This document shows, piece by piece, positions 63,813-64,000 of a DNA stretch of 64,000 bases (the stretch's first letter is position 1; each line of letters starts with the position of its first letter). The DNA is taken from positions 56,058-120,057 of IMG/VR virus record IMGVR_UViG_3300036790_000219. One strand, written 5' to 3'. The notes under the pieces are model-generated. The model saw only the letters and a list, made by a program, of their open reading frames with translations, had not been told where the DNA came from and made no database searches. Origin of the DNA: a virus. A program made the translations under genes and the position numbers.

Positions 63813-63851
63813 CATCTCGCACCTCGCCCTGCTAATTTTTCATCTCGCACC
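63798..63851. repeat. 26-bp direct repeat, 28-bp period
   Basis: GCCCTGCTAATTTTTCATCTCGCACC at 63798-63823 and 63826-63851. Confidence 0.9.
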
Positions 63852-64000
63852 CTCCTTTGCGTTCGCCCGTGAATATTTTTTGAAAGCTCCCTATACTTTG
63901 CGAGTATGTTGGTGTATAAGCTTCGTACTGTTAAGAGTCACTGTTCGAATATGCGTAGCGACTTTGCCGCCCCTGGGCTATGTCCTAGGGAGCAGCGATT

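Noticed and set aside
1-64000. tRNA, rRNA, integrase, terminase, portal and DNA polymerase genes
   Set aside because: None recognised. They may lie outside the window, and lifestyle cannot be determined here.

Overview
The window is most of a ~52% GC myovirus genome (Caudoviricetes; DUF2213 protease / DUF2184 capsid / DUF3383 sheath architecture). Terminase, portal and integrase are not in view. An HpnG-like gene and a Rhizobiales-type secreted amidase suggest a hopanoid-making alphaproteobacterial host (inference). Layout: plus-strand head, neck, tail, baseplate, fibre and lysis genes (1-36.3 kb); a minus-strand early accessory operon (36.4-50.2 kb); a divergent control region (50.2-52.0 kb); plus-strand small ORFs and replication genes (52-63.8 kb). 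The standout is an inverted cassette inside the head operon (9.5-10.5 kb). It holds a solo RAMP/Cas7-like gene followed directly by two tracts of 13-14 five-nucleotide GGY-NN units. Read with one base skipped, the variable dinucleotides of one tract match codon positions 1-2 of the neighbouring head gene over 7 consecutive codons. This points to an RNA-guided, non-contiguous-code system (VIPR-like, by my recollection of that recently described class), possibly aimed at related phages. Other highlights: two type II hammerhead ribozymes in the early operon, an HNH intein in the helicase P-loop, three free-standing homing endonucleases, a zeta-kinase/papain-like head effector, an amidoligase plus two GGCT genes, and a -1 frameshift tail chaperone. 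All protein calls come from motif recognition by eye; no database searches were run.
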